Positions 28,990 to 41,423 of a stretch of 64,000 nt of DNA are shown in pieces. The notes under the pieces are model-generated. The model was not told the DNA's origin. It ran no database searches and worked only from the letters and a program-made list of their open reading frames with translations. The DNA comes from the human T2T-CHM13v2.0 reference genome, Homo sapiens: assembly GCF_009914755.1 (NCBI RefSeq), contig NC_060926.1; one strand, written 5' to 3'. The position numbers were made by a program, and so were the translations under genes. Position 1 is the stretch's first letter; each line of letters opens with the position of its first letter.

Positions 28990-29400
28990 TGAAAATTATT
29001 CATCATGCTGGAATGCGCCTACCTCAGAATATTTGCACTGGCTGTTTCCTGTACTTGGGGACTGTTTCCCCTGGAAAAAAAAAAAAAAAAGTTTGCATGG
29101 GTCATTCCCTCACATCCTTCAAATCTTTACTCAGTTATCACCTTTGTAACATGTACCTGACCATCATATGTAAAACTGTGATTCCCACCCCAGCCAGGTT
29201 TTCCCCATTCCCTTTTGTTCCCTAAGCACTTAGCACCTCCAAACATATGATATAATGTAATTGTTTAATATATTTTTTCTTTTTCCCTATGCTAAGATTA
29301 AACCTCTATCAGAGCAGGGAAATGTATTTTTTTTTCATTCATGTAACACCACTTGCAGGCACCTTGTAGGTATTTAGTAAATACCTGTTGAATGAACAAA
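28990..29400 (+). mobile_element. L2 3' end
   Basis: tttgcactggctgtttcct, atccttcaaatctttactca, terminal agtaaatacctgttgaatgaa. Confidence 0.75.
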
Positions 29401-31369
29401 GAATTAATGAGGAGTCTGGCCAATATTAAATATTGAAGAGCAAGAAAGAATAAAATAAGTTTACATTTTAAGAAAAGATGGTATGTGTATATATCTCCAG
29501 TAAATAGATTTCATCATATGCCTAGAAAGGGTAGTGTTTTATTTTATTTTATGCTTCTATTTGCAGGGATATGAACTTCCAATTATATCATTGGACTTGA
29601 CTACTCCATTTCTTTCCACATTTAAAAATCGTAAGTTTACTTTACTTAGGTTACAGAAGGAAAGGCAGTGATTATTTTCCAAAGTAGGCTGAACATAAAA
29701 GTAGCAAAGTTGCTTGGAAAAAAGAAAGATGTAATTTGAATTGATAGTAATTAAAATGAAATGACTTCTCAGCCTAGAGAAGAACATTTTGAATACGATG
29801 ATCAATAGACAACATTATTCTGACAATTCCAGTGTTGCTGCTTATATAAATGTATGCATTACACTGAAGTACAAGAAGTTAGACTGATTTGAGTAATTCT
29901 AAACACTAGTTCAATATACAAAATAGAAGGAGCAGCTTTCAATATCCCTCTAAAAGACCATGCAATGCTTATTACCCAGTTTCACTGCATTCCAGGCCAC
30001 CATTTCACCTGCAAAGGGGAGTTTAAGATTATGCCAGAGCAAAGGGCTGTGATCACTGCTTGGATTTCATTTGATGGGTTTAATAGACAGGAAATCTGCC
30101 ATGGAGATGACATCTGCAATATACCTTTTATCCTGAAGAATCAGGGAGAAGCTATTTTGAGAACTTAACACAGTATTTAACGTGGGATTTCTGAATGAAG
30201 ACAGTTTATGGATGAATAAGGTAAGTAAGCATTTAGACTGATGGGAAAAATAGGAGTTGCCAAATCCATTCAAATTTTAAAAATTATCTTTTTCTACCTT
30301 CTTGTCTGAGCACCTGAGAATAAATCAACATGTGTCTTTGAAAATGTATATTTAATAACAAATAGTACTTAACACTACAAAGTATTTCATACCGATGGTA
30401 TTCTTCTGATGACTAAATAGCATATTTCCTAATCTCTACACAAAACGAAATTCTATAATTTAACTTTTTGGTCAAAAAGATGAACTTTGAAACATTTTAA
30501 ATTTTGAAATTTTATAAAACATTTAAAAGTAGATGAGTATCTGAATATCAATTAAGCCACGTAGCCCTTGGTAGTTTCTTATTCACAGTAACGATTTCAT
30601 AGGTAAGAGTGCCTGTTATCACTAATTAATATCAAATATTAAAAACTATGTAATTCCCACCTTTAAGGATACTTTAATATATTGTGATTATTAATTTAGA
30701 TGAACTTTATGAAAAACATTTCGATTAAAATGTCTCTCATTAACAGAGAATACAGAGGATTTCTCTTCTGAACATATGACATTTTTTTTTCCAAATTGCA
30801 TAAAATTCAAAAGCTCCTTTTTAATGCAAAGATAGAATTGAATGACTACTTTTGGTATTTGTTTGGTTGTGTGTGCTTTGCTTCCAGAAAAATAATTGAA
30901 CTCTTTTTTTTTTTTTTTGGTCTAAAGAATCAGCATTAAATCTTGCTTACCCATTTGTACATTCATTTAGTAAGCAAATAAACTACATTAATAGAGTGAG
31001 ACTTATAACAGCAGAATTTTTTGGAAGATCTTGATAGTACTATTAGCCTATTGAGTCAATGATTTTGGCCACTATGACAGTCAACTTCACTCTTTCAATA
31101 GCCACAATTGATATAATTTGCCATATATGCTTCAAAATGTTTTATTGGAGGTCTGGATCCTGAATAACGTTTTATACTAAATACTTGTTTTTTTTTTTTT
31201 TTTTTTTTTAGTGACTTAGAAAACAGTTTGATACTATTAAGGAAGCCATAACTGAATTATATTAAAGCTGGAAGCACAACACTATCAAACACTGAAACAC
31301 ACAAAATGATTCTTTGTTTTATCCCAAGGTATTAGTGATAAAAAGATCATAGTTCTCAAACACAGATTT

Positions 31370-31683
31370 ATTTCCTTCCTCCCTCCCTCTCTCTGTCTCT
31401 TTTTTCTTTCTTGTTCTTTCTTCTTCCTTCCTTCCTCCCTTCCTCCCTCTTTCTTTCCTTTCCTTTCCTTTCCTTTTTTCTTTTCTCCTTTTCTTTCTTT
31501 CTTTTTTCTTTCTTTCTTTCCTTTCTTTCTTTCTTTCTTTCTTTTTTCTTTCTTTCTTTCCTTTCTTTCTTTCTCTCTCTTTCTTCCCCCTCCCTCCCTT
31601 TCTTTCCTTCCTTGCTTCCCTCCCTCCCCCACTCCCTCCCTCCCTCCCTCCCTTCATTCCTTCCTTCCTTCCCTGCCTCTCTC
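31370..31683. repeat. ~310-bp polypyrimidine (CTTT/CCTT/CCCT)n tract, the expanded tail of the adjacent Alu
   Basis: Almost purine-free on the + strand; abuts the Alu 3' end. Confidence 0.95.
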
Positions 31684-31929
31684 AGTCTGTCACCCATGCT
31701 GGACTGCAGTGGTGCAATCTCGGCTCAAGTGATCCCCATTCTTCAGCCTCCCGAGTAGCTGGGATTACAGGTATGCACCACCATGCCCAGCTAATTTTTT
31801 GTGCTTGTAGTAGACATGGGGCTTTGGCATGTTGGCCAGGCTTGTCTCAAACTCCTGACCTAAAGTGATCAACCTGCCTTGGCCTCCCAGAGTGCTGGCA
31901 TTTTGGGCATGAGCCAGCATGCCAGGCCA
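31684..31929 (-). mobile_element. AluJ-type element with an internal deletion in the right arm
   Basis: ctgtcacccatgctggactgcagtggtgcaatctcggctca jumps directly to agtgatcc; ends gccaggcc. Confidence 0.9.
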
Positions 31930-33158
31930 GCATTATTTTTCTTTTGCATATCTCAGTTTGATTTTTTTGTTAATGTAAATATGAAACTTTTATTTCATAT
32001 TTTCCTGACAAAGTAATACAAGCTCATTTGGAAATTTTTGAAAATGCATCACACGTTATAATGAAGATATAAAAATCACCAATAAGTTCATCAATCAGTT
32101 TAAAAAGTTAACTTGTTAGTGCATTTTTCTATAAATATTTAGATCATATTGTAGGCACTATTATGTATATTACTTTTTTGTTAAATACTATATCAGATTC
32201 ACTTCCATTACATAAAGAATGTAGCGAGACATATTTTCCAAATAGCTGTGTAATATCCTATCATGCACGTTACCATGTTTCATTTAACTGTTTGATTTTT
32301 AAGACTCTTCTTTACATCACAAGCATTGCTTTTGTTTAAAATTTGATGGTTCCATATCTTATCATCATAGCCTCTGTTACTGTAATAAATAGGTATAGAT
32401 TTATCTAGAATAATACTCACAGAATGATCAAAGTATAGAAAGTTGATTTTAAGAGAAAAGTTAATGAAATTTCCAAGAAAAGACTGAGTATTGTAATACA
32501 AAATTTAAGTACTGAGTATAAAGTAGATTTTATTCTAAAGTTGACTATCCCTTTCTTGAACATCAAAGCTTGATGAAAAATATTACTTGAAATAAATCCT
32601 GACTTATTTTGATTAGGCAAAGGAGTTACTGAATGTCTGGACTTCAGCGAATTAAGACACTGAGACTTTCTCGCTATTGAAGCTACCTTGAAACAATAAA
32701 CACTAAATACCTAGTTGGTTTGCCAAAAGCATAAAATGTTACTTTTCGTATTTGATTTTCTTTCCCAAATCTATAATATAATCCAGAATTTGTACACATA
32801 TTTTTTTCCTGATAATTAAACGTGTAGACAATGGGAATATAAGAGTTTCCAAATCCATTCAATCATTTTATGAACTTTTTCTACCTTCTTTGTGCTCCTG
32901 GGAAAAAAATCAACACATACATTTTAAAAACATATTTGATAACTGAAACTAGTTAACCTAAACCCAAAGAAGGCCTACCCTTCTACCATGTCCAAATTAA
33001 AACTAAAATTATTAACAGTTTATTTCTTTACATCCATGAGAATTTGCTTCAATTATTTCTTTTCATGCCAGTTTCCTTTTCAAACCCTTCCTTAGACTTT
33101 CATTATATGTTTTCTAGTTACAAAGTCCGGAAAAGATATGCATAGAGATTGGTGTATC

Positions 33159-33400
33159 CAGGAACAGAAAACCAAACACTGCATGTTCTCATAGGTGGGA
33201 GTTGAACCAATGAGAACACACAGACACAGGGAGGGGAACATCACACACTGATGCCTGTTGGGGGATGGAGGTCTGGAGGAGTAGTAGCATTAGGAGAAAT
33301 ACCTAATGTAGATGACTAGTTGATAGGTGCAGCAAACCACCATGGCACATGTATACCTATGTAACAAACCTGCACGTTCTGCACATGTGTCCCAGAACTT
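33159..33400 (+). mobile_element. Short L1PA (PA7/8-like) 3' end
   Basis: aaaaccaaacactgcatgttctc...gcagcaaaccaccatggcacatgtatacctatgtaacaaacctgcacgttctgcacatg; 17-bp TSD ataga(g/a)attggt(g/a)tatc at 33142-33158 and 33433-33449. Confidence 0.92.
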
Positions 33401-36159
33401 TATATATATATATAATGTATGCGTGTGTGTGTATAGAAATTGGTATATCATGATGCTTGCTTAAATACTCCAGTTTTTTACTCTATTTGGTCAGCATAGA
33501 TCTCATAAGATTTTTCCTTTGATAAAGTTTTGTATTACAGAAGTTGTGAGCACATAATCTTTTCTTCCCATAGCTTGCTCACATTGGTGGATGTGGTAGT
33601 TCTTCAATCTAGTTGCCACATTTCCTGCAGATACTAGGCACGCTAATTATGTCTCATAAATACAGGTTAAGCTAATCAAGTACTGTCTTGCTGTGTCTTT
33701 GTCTCTGTCTCTGTGAACACATTACATTGCTTCTTTGTACCCTTGCCAGCAAAAAAGAGAAATAATATCTATAACCTTCTCCCCTCAAGAGTATTGTAGT
33801 TGTTAATAAGTATGCAGAACTTTCAGAGAAAGATACAGTGCTTAGAGCTCTGTGGAAAAAACACTTGTATATAAATGTAATATGTCATTTTTATAACATC
33901 TCCTAGCAGCCTAATGAAATGAACACAGGCACTCCACCAACACATTTCTTACTTGGGCTACATCCAACTCACCAAACACAATTAGGAAGTGAAATTCTTC
34001 TTGTTACTGTAAACCGTAACAGCCCAAAACTCCGTTTAATGTAGGCTCATTTTGGATTCTGTCCAGTGAGATATTGAAAGTACTAGAAGATCTTCATTAT
34101 AATATGAATCTATATGGATGATTTTTTATCACAAGTTTCCAATGTGTTGTTTATGGCTTCAAACAGAAAATGATTTGTGTTTCTGTTTTGGTTTTAGTTT
34201 TAGCTATTGCTATTTCTAAAACAAATTAAAATTTACTTTTTGAAGTATTTGACACATATCAATGATTGGATCTAAGTTTCATACATTTTCTCTTTCTCTT
34301 CTAAAAATGTTACCCCCTTTGCAATCTTATTTCTCTTCTTTCAATTTCAAACTTGTGAAACCGTAGTTGTCAGCTTTTACTTTTATTCTCTTTCCTCCCA
34401 CTCTTAGTTTAAAAAGTGATATACCCTTGTTTTGCCCTCTTGAATTTACTGATTCAATTTTTCTGGAATAGTATTTAATTATTCCAATAACATTAGAAAT
34501 AAGTCCAGAATTTTAAAATTTTAGTTTGTTTGTTTTCCTAGCCTCACTCTCCTTATGTCTTAGATGCATTTTATGGTATTGATTTTGATATGCTTCTCAT
34601 ACTTTACCTTCCAATTCATTTAATCCTTTCCAATTAGGTCTCATTGTCTATCTTTACCTCTCCTATTTTCTGTTAAATACTGGCATTGTGATAACATCTT
34701 CACATTCTACTACTCTTGTCTAAATTAGGGCTAAAGTTATTTATAGGCCATGTCTCTACATCCTTGAGAATTTGCCTTAAACATTCCTTTTATAATGGCA
34801 GTTCTCTGTTCAAAACTTTTTCTGAACTTCATTATATCTTCTTATTTACAAATTCCAGCTGAGTACATGGTTTATAGCAGCCACTCAAGAAATGTTTGTT
34901 GGCTAGTCTGAATGCAGTGGTGTTTAAAATCTCACAGACACACACACAAACACACACACACACGTGTTAAATAGATTAATACTTGTTTGATTCTGAAGCA
35001 TTTACCATTTCCATTTCTATGTATTACTTGTTCCATTTAGTATCCAAAATTTTATACCAATAACATGATACGCTAGAGGACTACATTCTAAGTCTCTTTT
35101 ATGGATAGCACTTAAGTATTTTTCTTTTCTCCAATTAAGTTGGAGCCTGGTTCAGGGGTGTGATAACTGGCTACAGACTACTGCATCAACTGCTACTCCA
35201 AATGTGTCCATGCAAGGCACCACTGCATCTGCTCCTGGCTCTCTGCTGTCCTCCAGTGGTTACATGTTATATTCCCCCACCCAGAATGTTACAAATAAGA
35301 GAATAGAGCCCATATGAAGATCTGAAATGTTCTGTCCCCACTGTCTCCACAAACTGGATTAGCATTGGCTAAGCTAAGTAGTAAGAAGAACCAATGTGGC
35401 CTATCATTAAAAGACAAGATCCAGATCAAGGTACCCGTGGAATCTCATTACTGTTCCTTTCATTGCTATTCAAGGCAAGCTGCCTAGAGATCACAATCTA
35501 CATATCATCCCCTGGTCTTTTAGCACATATGCCACTCAGTGCGTTTCAAGACTTCAATCAGCCTAACCAAATTATATGTTGTGAAAAAGGTATTATTTCA
35601 CTGAAATTACCAGCGGCTTAGTACATTAATATTTCCCCTAAAAAGGGGGAGTCAGTAAACCTGTAGTGTCGAGGATGGCAGGAGCAGGAAGGAAAACTCA
35701 TGGAGCCAGTACTTACTTGGGATTCAGCAAAATTGTCCCAAAATCCCTTAAACTGTTACACTTGTAAAATTCTGGCCCATTAGGAGACATGGCCTTAATT
35801 AAAAGGTTTAAATTTTAACCTACGCACAGTCATGGAAATAGTAAGAACCTCCCACCTCCCAGATCTCCTTTTGTTCTAGCACACATATATGACATGTAAA
35901 AAAAAAATTAAATTCTGAAGTTTCCCTTCCAAATGAAAAATGACAATTCTTAATCCTCTATAATTCAGTTATTGCAAAACTAACTTTAATTTACTTTATT
36001 TGGTTTGTAAACTGTGAATTTTATGCAAAGAGATAGAATTAGTGGAATGATTACTATAACACATTTACTTATAAACATTTAAGCAACTATACATTTCCTT
36101 AAATCTGTGGTCATGAGGAGCTTGACCTAGTGAGACATAGTAACGTTCTTGAGTTACTA

Positions 36160-36870
36160 GACTTTTTCCTATTGAGTTGTAAGAGTTCTTTATATGTTCT
36201 GGATATAACGCTTTATATATTTTTATATATATAATAGTTTTCCCATTCTATTGCAGACTTGTTAATATGACTTTTATAGGAGAAAAAATTTTAATTTTGA
36301 TAATAATCATTTTATCGAAGTTTCTTTTATGTTTTGTTCTTAGGTGCCCTTAGAAATCTTTGCCTATACAAGGCTGCAAATATTTCCTTCTAGAAAATTT
36401 TTAATGTTTTACAGGTACTATATGATCCATTGCAAATTAATTATAGAATGTGGTGTGAGGTAAGGGTCAATATTGAAATCTTGTGCTTCCTGTACATGGA
36501 ACATGGATCTGCATTTTATTTCTTCTGTTTTTTAATCTGGATGCATTTTATTTTATTTTACTTATTTAGTTTTACCCTACAAATTTAAATCTGCAGCACA
36601 CTGTGCACTAGAACTGGAGATAGTTGATATCGTGACTTGTTCATCACCTCAGAGGAACATACTATTTCCAAATTAAGCATGATGCCAGATATATGATTTA
36701 TGGATGCCCTTTTATAGTTTAAGGAAGTTTGCTTCTCATTTTGATTTCCTTCTCTTCTTATTTTTGAGTTTTATGGATGGCATTTTTTGAGTTTGAGGAA
36801 GTTTCCTTCTCTTACTATTTTGATGTCCTTCTTTCCTTTTTTTGTTGTTAGTAGTAGATGTTGAATTTTC
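36160..36870 (-). mobile_element. Ancient L1M ORF2-region fragment
   Basis: ttgagttgtaagagttctttatatgttctggata; tggtgtgaggtaagggtcaa. Confidence 0.7.
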
Positions 36871-38591
36871 TCCCTGAGAGGACTCCCGAGTAACTCTCTT
36901 CCATACATATTTCCACATCAGATCCTGGTTCCTTGGAAATTTAACCCAAGAGATCTAGTTTCTTTCATTGCCCCATAAGACATTATATACTTTAAGAAAC
37001 TTTAGAAAGAAGTAAATATTACACTAGACAGGAAGAGAAAATGTGAAGCTTGCACTTTCTGTCCATCAAAGCACATAAGATGAAAGAAATCAGAGATATG
37101 GGACTCTGTATCTGAAATGCCTCTTTCCAAACTGTGTTCTTAGAGTAGGAAAGCTTATTGAATAGGTTTAGAGAGAAAGCTGAAATCAAGGATAGTTTAT
37201 CCTTGTCCACCATTTGGCCACCTGGGAAGAAATGGTCGTGCACACTGTCATGTGCCAATACGGAGATGACAGAGAAAGAGCAGAGAAAGAATAAATGAAC
37301 ACGGGAAGGCATTCCTAAGCTGTACTGTAGCCATATACCCTTACAGGAACCCACAGATTCCTACATTTTCTAGAAGAGAGTATAAAAAAGTAGCTGAACA
37401 TCTAGTAGCTATCACTGTGGGAGCAAAGGATCTTGAATATTAAGGGCTACTGAGAAGGTTCATTTATCCTGCAGTCATGATTCAGGAAAAGTTCCTTGGG
37501 CCTCAGTGAGAATAAGTCATCGAGGGAAAGCTATAGGATTGTGGCTAGGCCAGGAGGACAGAACTCATTAATGCATACTAGTAGGATGCTTGTGGATATG
37601 AACAGACTATCCTCATCTTAGGGTATACCAGCCTCCACACAGCCAGTGGAGAGCCACCCAAGGACCAGCATGAGACAAAGATAACCACTAACCCCAATCT
37701 CATGGTGACATCCATGCCATCTTATTCCAAGATGTCGTCTTAAAAAGGAAAAGTGTGGGTAAAACAGCCTTAATAGGACTTGGAAATTTAAACTGTCAAT
37801 TATACTTTCAGAATAGGAATTGTTGGAAATCAAAAGAAACTTAAAAATGAAAGGATAAGATATAATTAGAGAAAAAGTTAAAATTTGATTCATTACTATA
37901 TGTCAATGAGGTACAGAAGTGAAGCAGATATATTTTCTCTCCATATTGAAGTGGTAACTTAAATTCTTAACTCTACAATACTGCTAGTAAGCGGTAAAGA
38001 TTCAAAGTGGGCCCGATTCTATGACTTATTCACCGAAATACTAGTTCTACTGAGTTCACTTTAAGGCATAATTGAATGTCAGTAAAATATTACTGGTTAT
38101 TATGAAGTCTCAGATAAACCAGAAATTAAATCTCATCATCACTGATATACTAACTACATATATAGAAAGCACGTTACAACTCCAGAAACAGATGCATACA
38201 TATGCACATATATACATATGTGTGTGGGCATGTGTTTATATACATATGGAGTTTCTAGGCCTAACACATTGATAATTGAAGGTAGTTTAGGTTTCAGCAA
38301 CCAGGCCATGTCTCATGGAATGGAGATATTAAATCATGGAGGAAACTGTCATAAATTATCAGTAAGGGACTATATAAAACTTGATGTCTCCTGGAGAAAA
38401 CTTGTGTCTGGCTAAAATTTAATCTCTTCTTTTAATGTCCTCAAATGGTCTCAACAGATTCCTTTCTGAGGGAAATATAGCCAAAGGTAACCATGTTAGG
38501 AAATAGTGATCTGGTTATGTGTCTAATTTTACCATTCTGGGAAACCTTCCCACAGTTGCAAATTTCTTACCTGAAAATTTAACATGGGCAC

Positions 38592-38922
38592 TGCATCGGT
38601 CTGTTCTCTCGCTGCTAATAAAGACATACCCAAGGCTAGGTAATTTATAAAGGAAAGAGGTCTAATTGATTCACAGTCCCACATGGCAGGGATGGCCTCA
38701 CAATTATGGTGGAAGAGCAAGGGATGTCTTACAAGAGAGCTTGTGCGGGGGAACTTTAATTTATAACGCATCAGATCATGTAAGACTTATTCACTACCAC
38801 GAGAACAGTATGGGGAAACTACCCCCATAACTCACTTATCTCTACCTGGCCCGGCTCTTGACATGTGGGGATTATTACACTTCAAGGTGAGATTTGGTTG
38901 GGGACACAGCCAAACCATATTA
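38592..38922 (-). mobile_element. THE1 (B/C-like) MaLR solo LTR
   Basis: gctgctaataaagacatacccaag...gagatttggttggggacacagccaaaccatat; TSD ggcac/ggtac. Confidence 0.92.
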
Positions 38923-39025
38923 GGTACTCTAATAGGTGGTTGGAAATAGCTGGTAAAAATAATCCCAAATCTGCTTTGCAAAGGTAACAGAAACTTTAAA
39001 CAATATTTTAAGTATGGATATTGGT

Positions 39026-39061
39026 GTCTGTGTGTGTGCGTGTGTGTGTGTGTGTGTGTGT
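39026..39061. repeat. (TG)n microsatellite
   Basis: Direct inspection. Confidence 0.95.
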
Positions 39062-41004
39062 TTAAAAGTTTATATTGGACAATAGCAAACTACCTTGGAG
39101 AAAAGTTGATTTTGGAACATAAAAATCTCTTCATCACAAAGAGCAAATTCTAAATATATATCACATGGAATAATCAGGAAAAGTACTATGGGAATATTTT
39201 AGCTCTCTAGAAGGAAATACTAATCCAGATGTCTTTATTAATTGTACTTTAGGGCAACTTTGGTTCTTTTCAGAAGGTGCGTGATCTGGATGGCTGAAGT
39301 TGCTGATTTTGGGGGGTAATCTACAAGGAAAAGGTGATGAAAATACCAGAAACAGTCTGTATCCTACTATGTGGCTAACATATGAGGAAGTCTCAACATG
39401 CAAACTTTGGCAGATAAAATCTTAGGCCATGGACAAGACCATGTCCCTTTGTGAAGACAATGCCCACAGCAAAGTATTTTTCATTAAATCAAGGAAATGG
39501 ATACTAGTGAACTAAGATTTTATATATAACTAATAATAAATACCAATTATTTTTGCAAGCATATCTCATCACTGAAATATACATCTGTATTTCAATGTAT
39601 TATCCTAATATTGATTTCCCTGGGGGAATCAAGAAAAGGATTATCTATTTAAAGAGAAGGGAATATCAAGCCTGTTATTGCCACAATGTGGAAGAATCAA
39701 CAAAATAACTGTTTTCAAATTTCCAGATATTAATTTTGTCATCATGTATACAAACTTATTTACCAAACATGCTTCATTCTACATTTCTTTCTTGACAGGT
39801 TTTACAATCTTTGTTATTCTGTTTTCAAACAAAAAATGTAAAATGCCATTTCTATCTTTATCACTAAAGCTTCCCATCAACACGTTTATCTCTTTTCACC
39901 CACATATCTGATTGTATTTTGAATGTAAAATAAAAACAGGCTTTAAAATGAAAAGGCTTTTATAAAATAAAAATTTGCTGTAGAAGAGAAAAAAAATGTA
40001 AGAAACTCAGATTTCCACTGAATTTCCAAGGGCCTGTGGGGGCCTAGTAGTGAAAGAGTGATATTTTATAAGTGAGTAAGTATGAATGTTCTCATAGGTT
40101 TTGTGTAAAGATGATATACTTGTATTAATGAATGTTCTGTAACAGGGATATTCTTTTGGTTAGTGGTCCTTTTGAAGATGTCAAGATGAGATTGTGTGTC
40201 ATCCAGATCACATGACATATATCATTCCTCTCAGTCCTTGAATTATAATAGTTATAAGGCAAAAACAACACTTGACCTTTTGGGTTCCCTGATATGTTTA
40301 CAAAATAATTTGAGTTTTCAAGTGTAATATGATTTAAATATGTGTGCTAATGCTTCACCAATGATTAGGAGTATCTGCTATATGCAATATGTGATTTGTC
40401 CTTACTTATATTATCAATAATTATGACCTTTTAATTTCTCCACTCTTTTAAGTATAAAACTTAGGTGCAGTTGACAATGTTTTTGAAAAAAATTGGGTCT
40501 TAATATTTCCCAACAGAATTACGTTTTAAAATACAAACGCCTCATTTTATACATGGGTGTAATATTTCAAAGATGGTCTAGTAGAAATTTAACCTCATTT
40601 AAAGCACAGACTGAATAGGATGGTTGGAGACTTTATTATTGCTGTAACTCAATGCAGTTTAAATGCTACAAAATTAAGTGATATTGCAACAAAGTAAGAA
40701 TTGTAAAGGCAGCCAAACTCTCTTAATCTTTAAGTCTTTTAGGGAATATGTAAGAGCTAATGTAAATAGGGGCACTGTGCATAGATGGATATAGAGCAGA
40801 TTTCAGCAGAGAAAGCATCTTCATGTCAAAGTAAGTACAAGGGATGAAAGGGACTAGTCAACCAACATTCTAGTTGTAATTTTTTCTCACCACTACTTTT
40901 CTCTTGTCTTATTCATAATTGCCCTTCATTGATCTTGCTGACACCACTGATTATTATTAGCTGCTTTAATATATGTAGTGCAGGTCTCAGTGACTAATAC
41001 AAAT

Positions 41005-41423
41005 TGTGAAGTCCTAAATTAGGGAGAAGTAGTTGGGCTGGTGGGACAAAGGGAAAGCAAAATGAGAAAGCAGATAAGTTTTAAGTCTGCCTTTCTACAT
41101 AGTCCAGAACACATAGTCTTCTTGTGCCCAGTTATCACAAGACCCTCAGCTGATGGAAAAATGCAAGTTAGCTCACTGCAACCTTGGTGTTATCAGTACT
41201 GCATAGAGCCCTCTTTAGCACAAAGCAGAAGCACCATCCTATAAAATCTCCAGCAAGCCTTTGTGTCCTTGCAGTCAGCTCCTCTCTTGCTGACTTGCCC
41301 ATTGCTTCCTTGCAATGTATTTTCATACTGTCTCTAATGAATCTGCCTTTCTTTACCTACAACTGTCTTTGTAAATTCATTTTACTGCTCATACAATACT
41401 GGCCTCAGTTGCAACCTGCAACA
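41005..41423 (+). mobile_element. Solo LTR (LTR47-like)
   Basis: TG...CA termini; perfect 5-bp TSD caaat at 41000-41004 and 41424-41428; internal TATAAAA; family name from memory. Confidence 0.8.

Noticed and set aside
31285-31758. K/E/R-rich and F/L/S-rich ORFs
   Set aside because: Translations of the CT microsatellite
36697-36824. ~73-bp-period diverged duplication (also small ones at 15868-15900, 50755-50810, 51680-51730)
   Set aside because: Real but ordinary two-copy slippage duplications; no repeat-spacer array, not CRISPR-like
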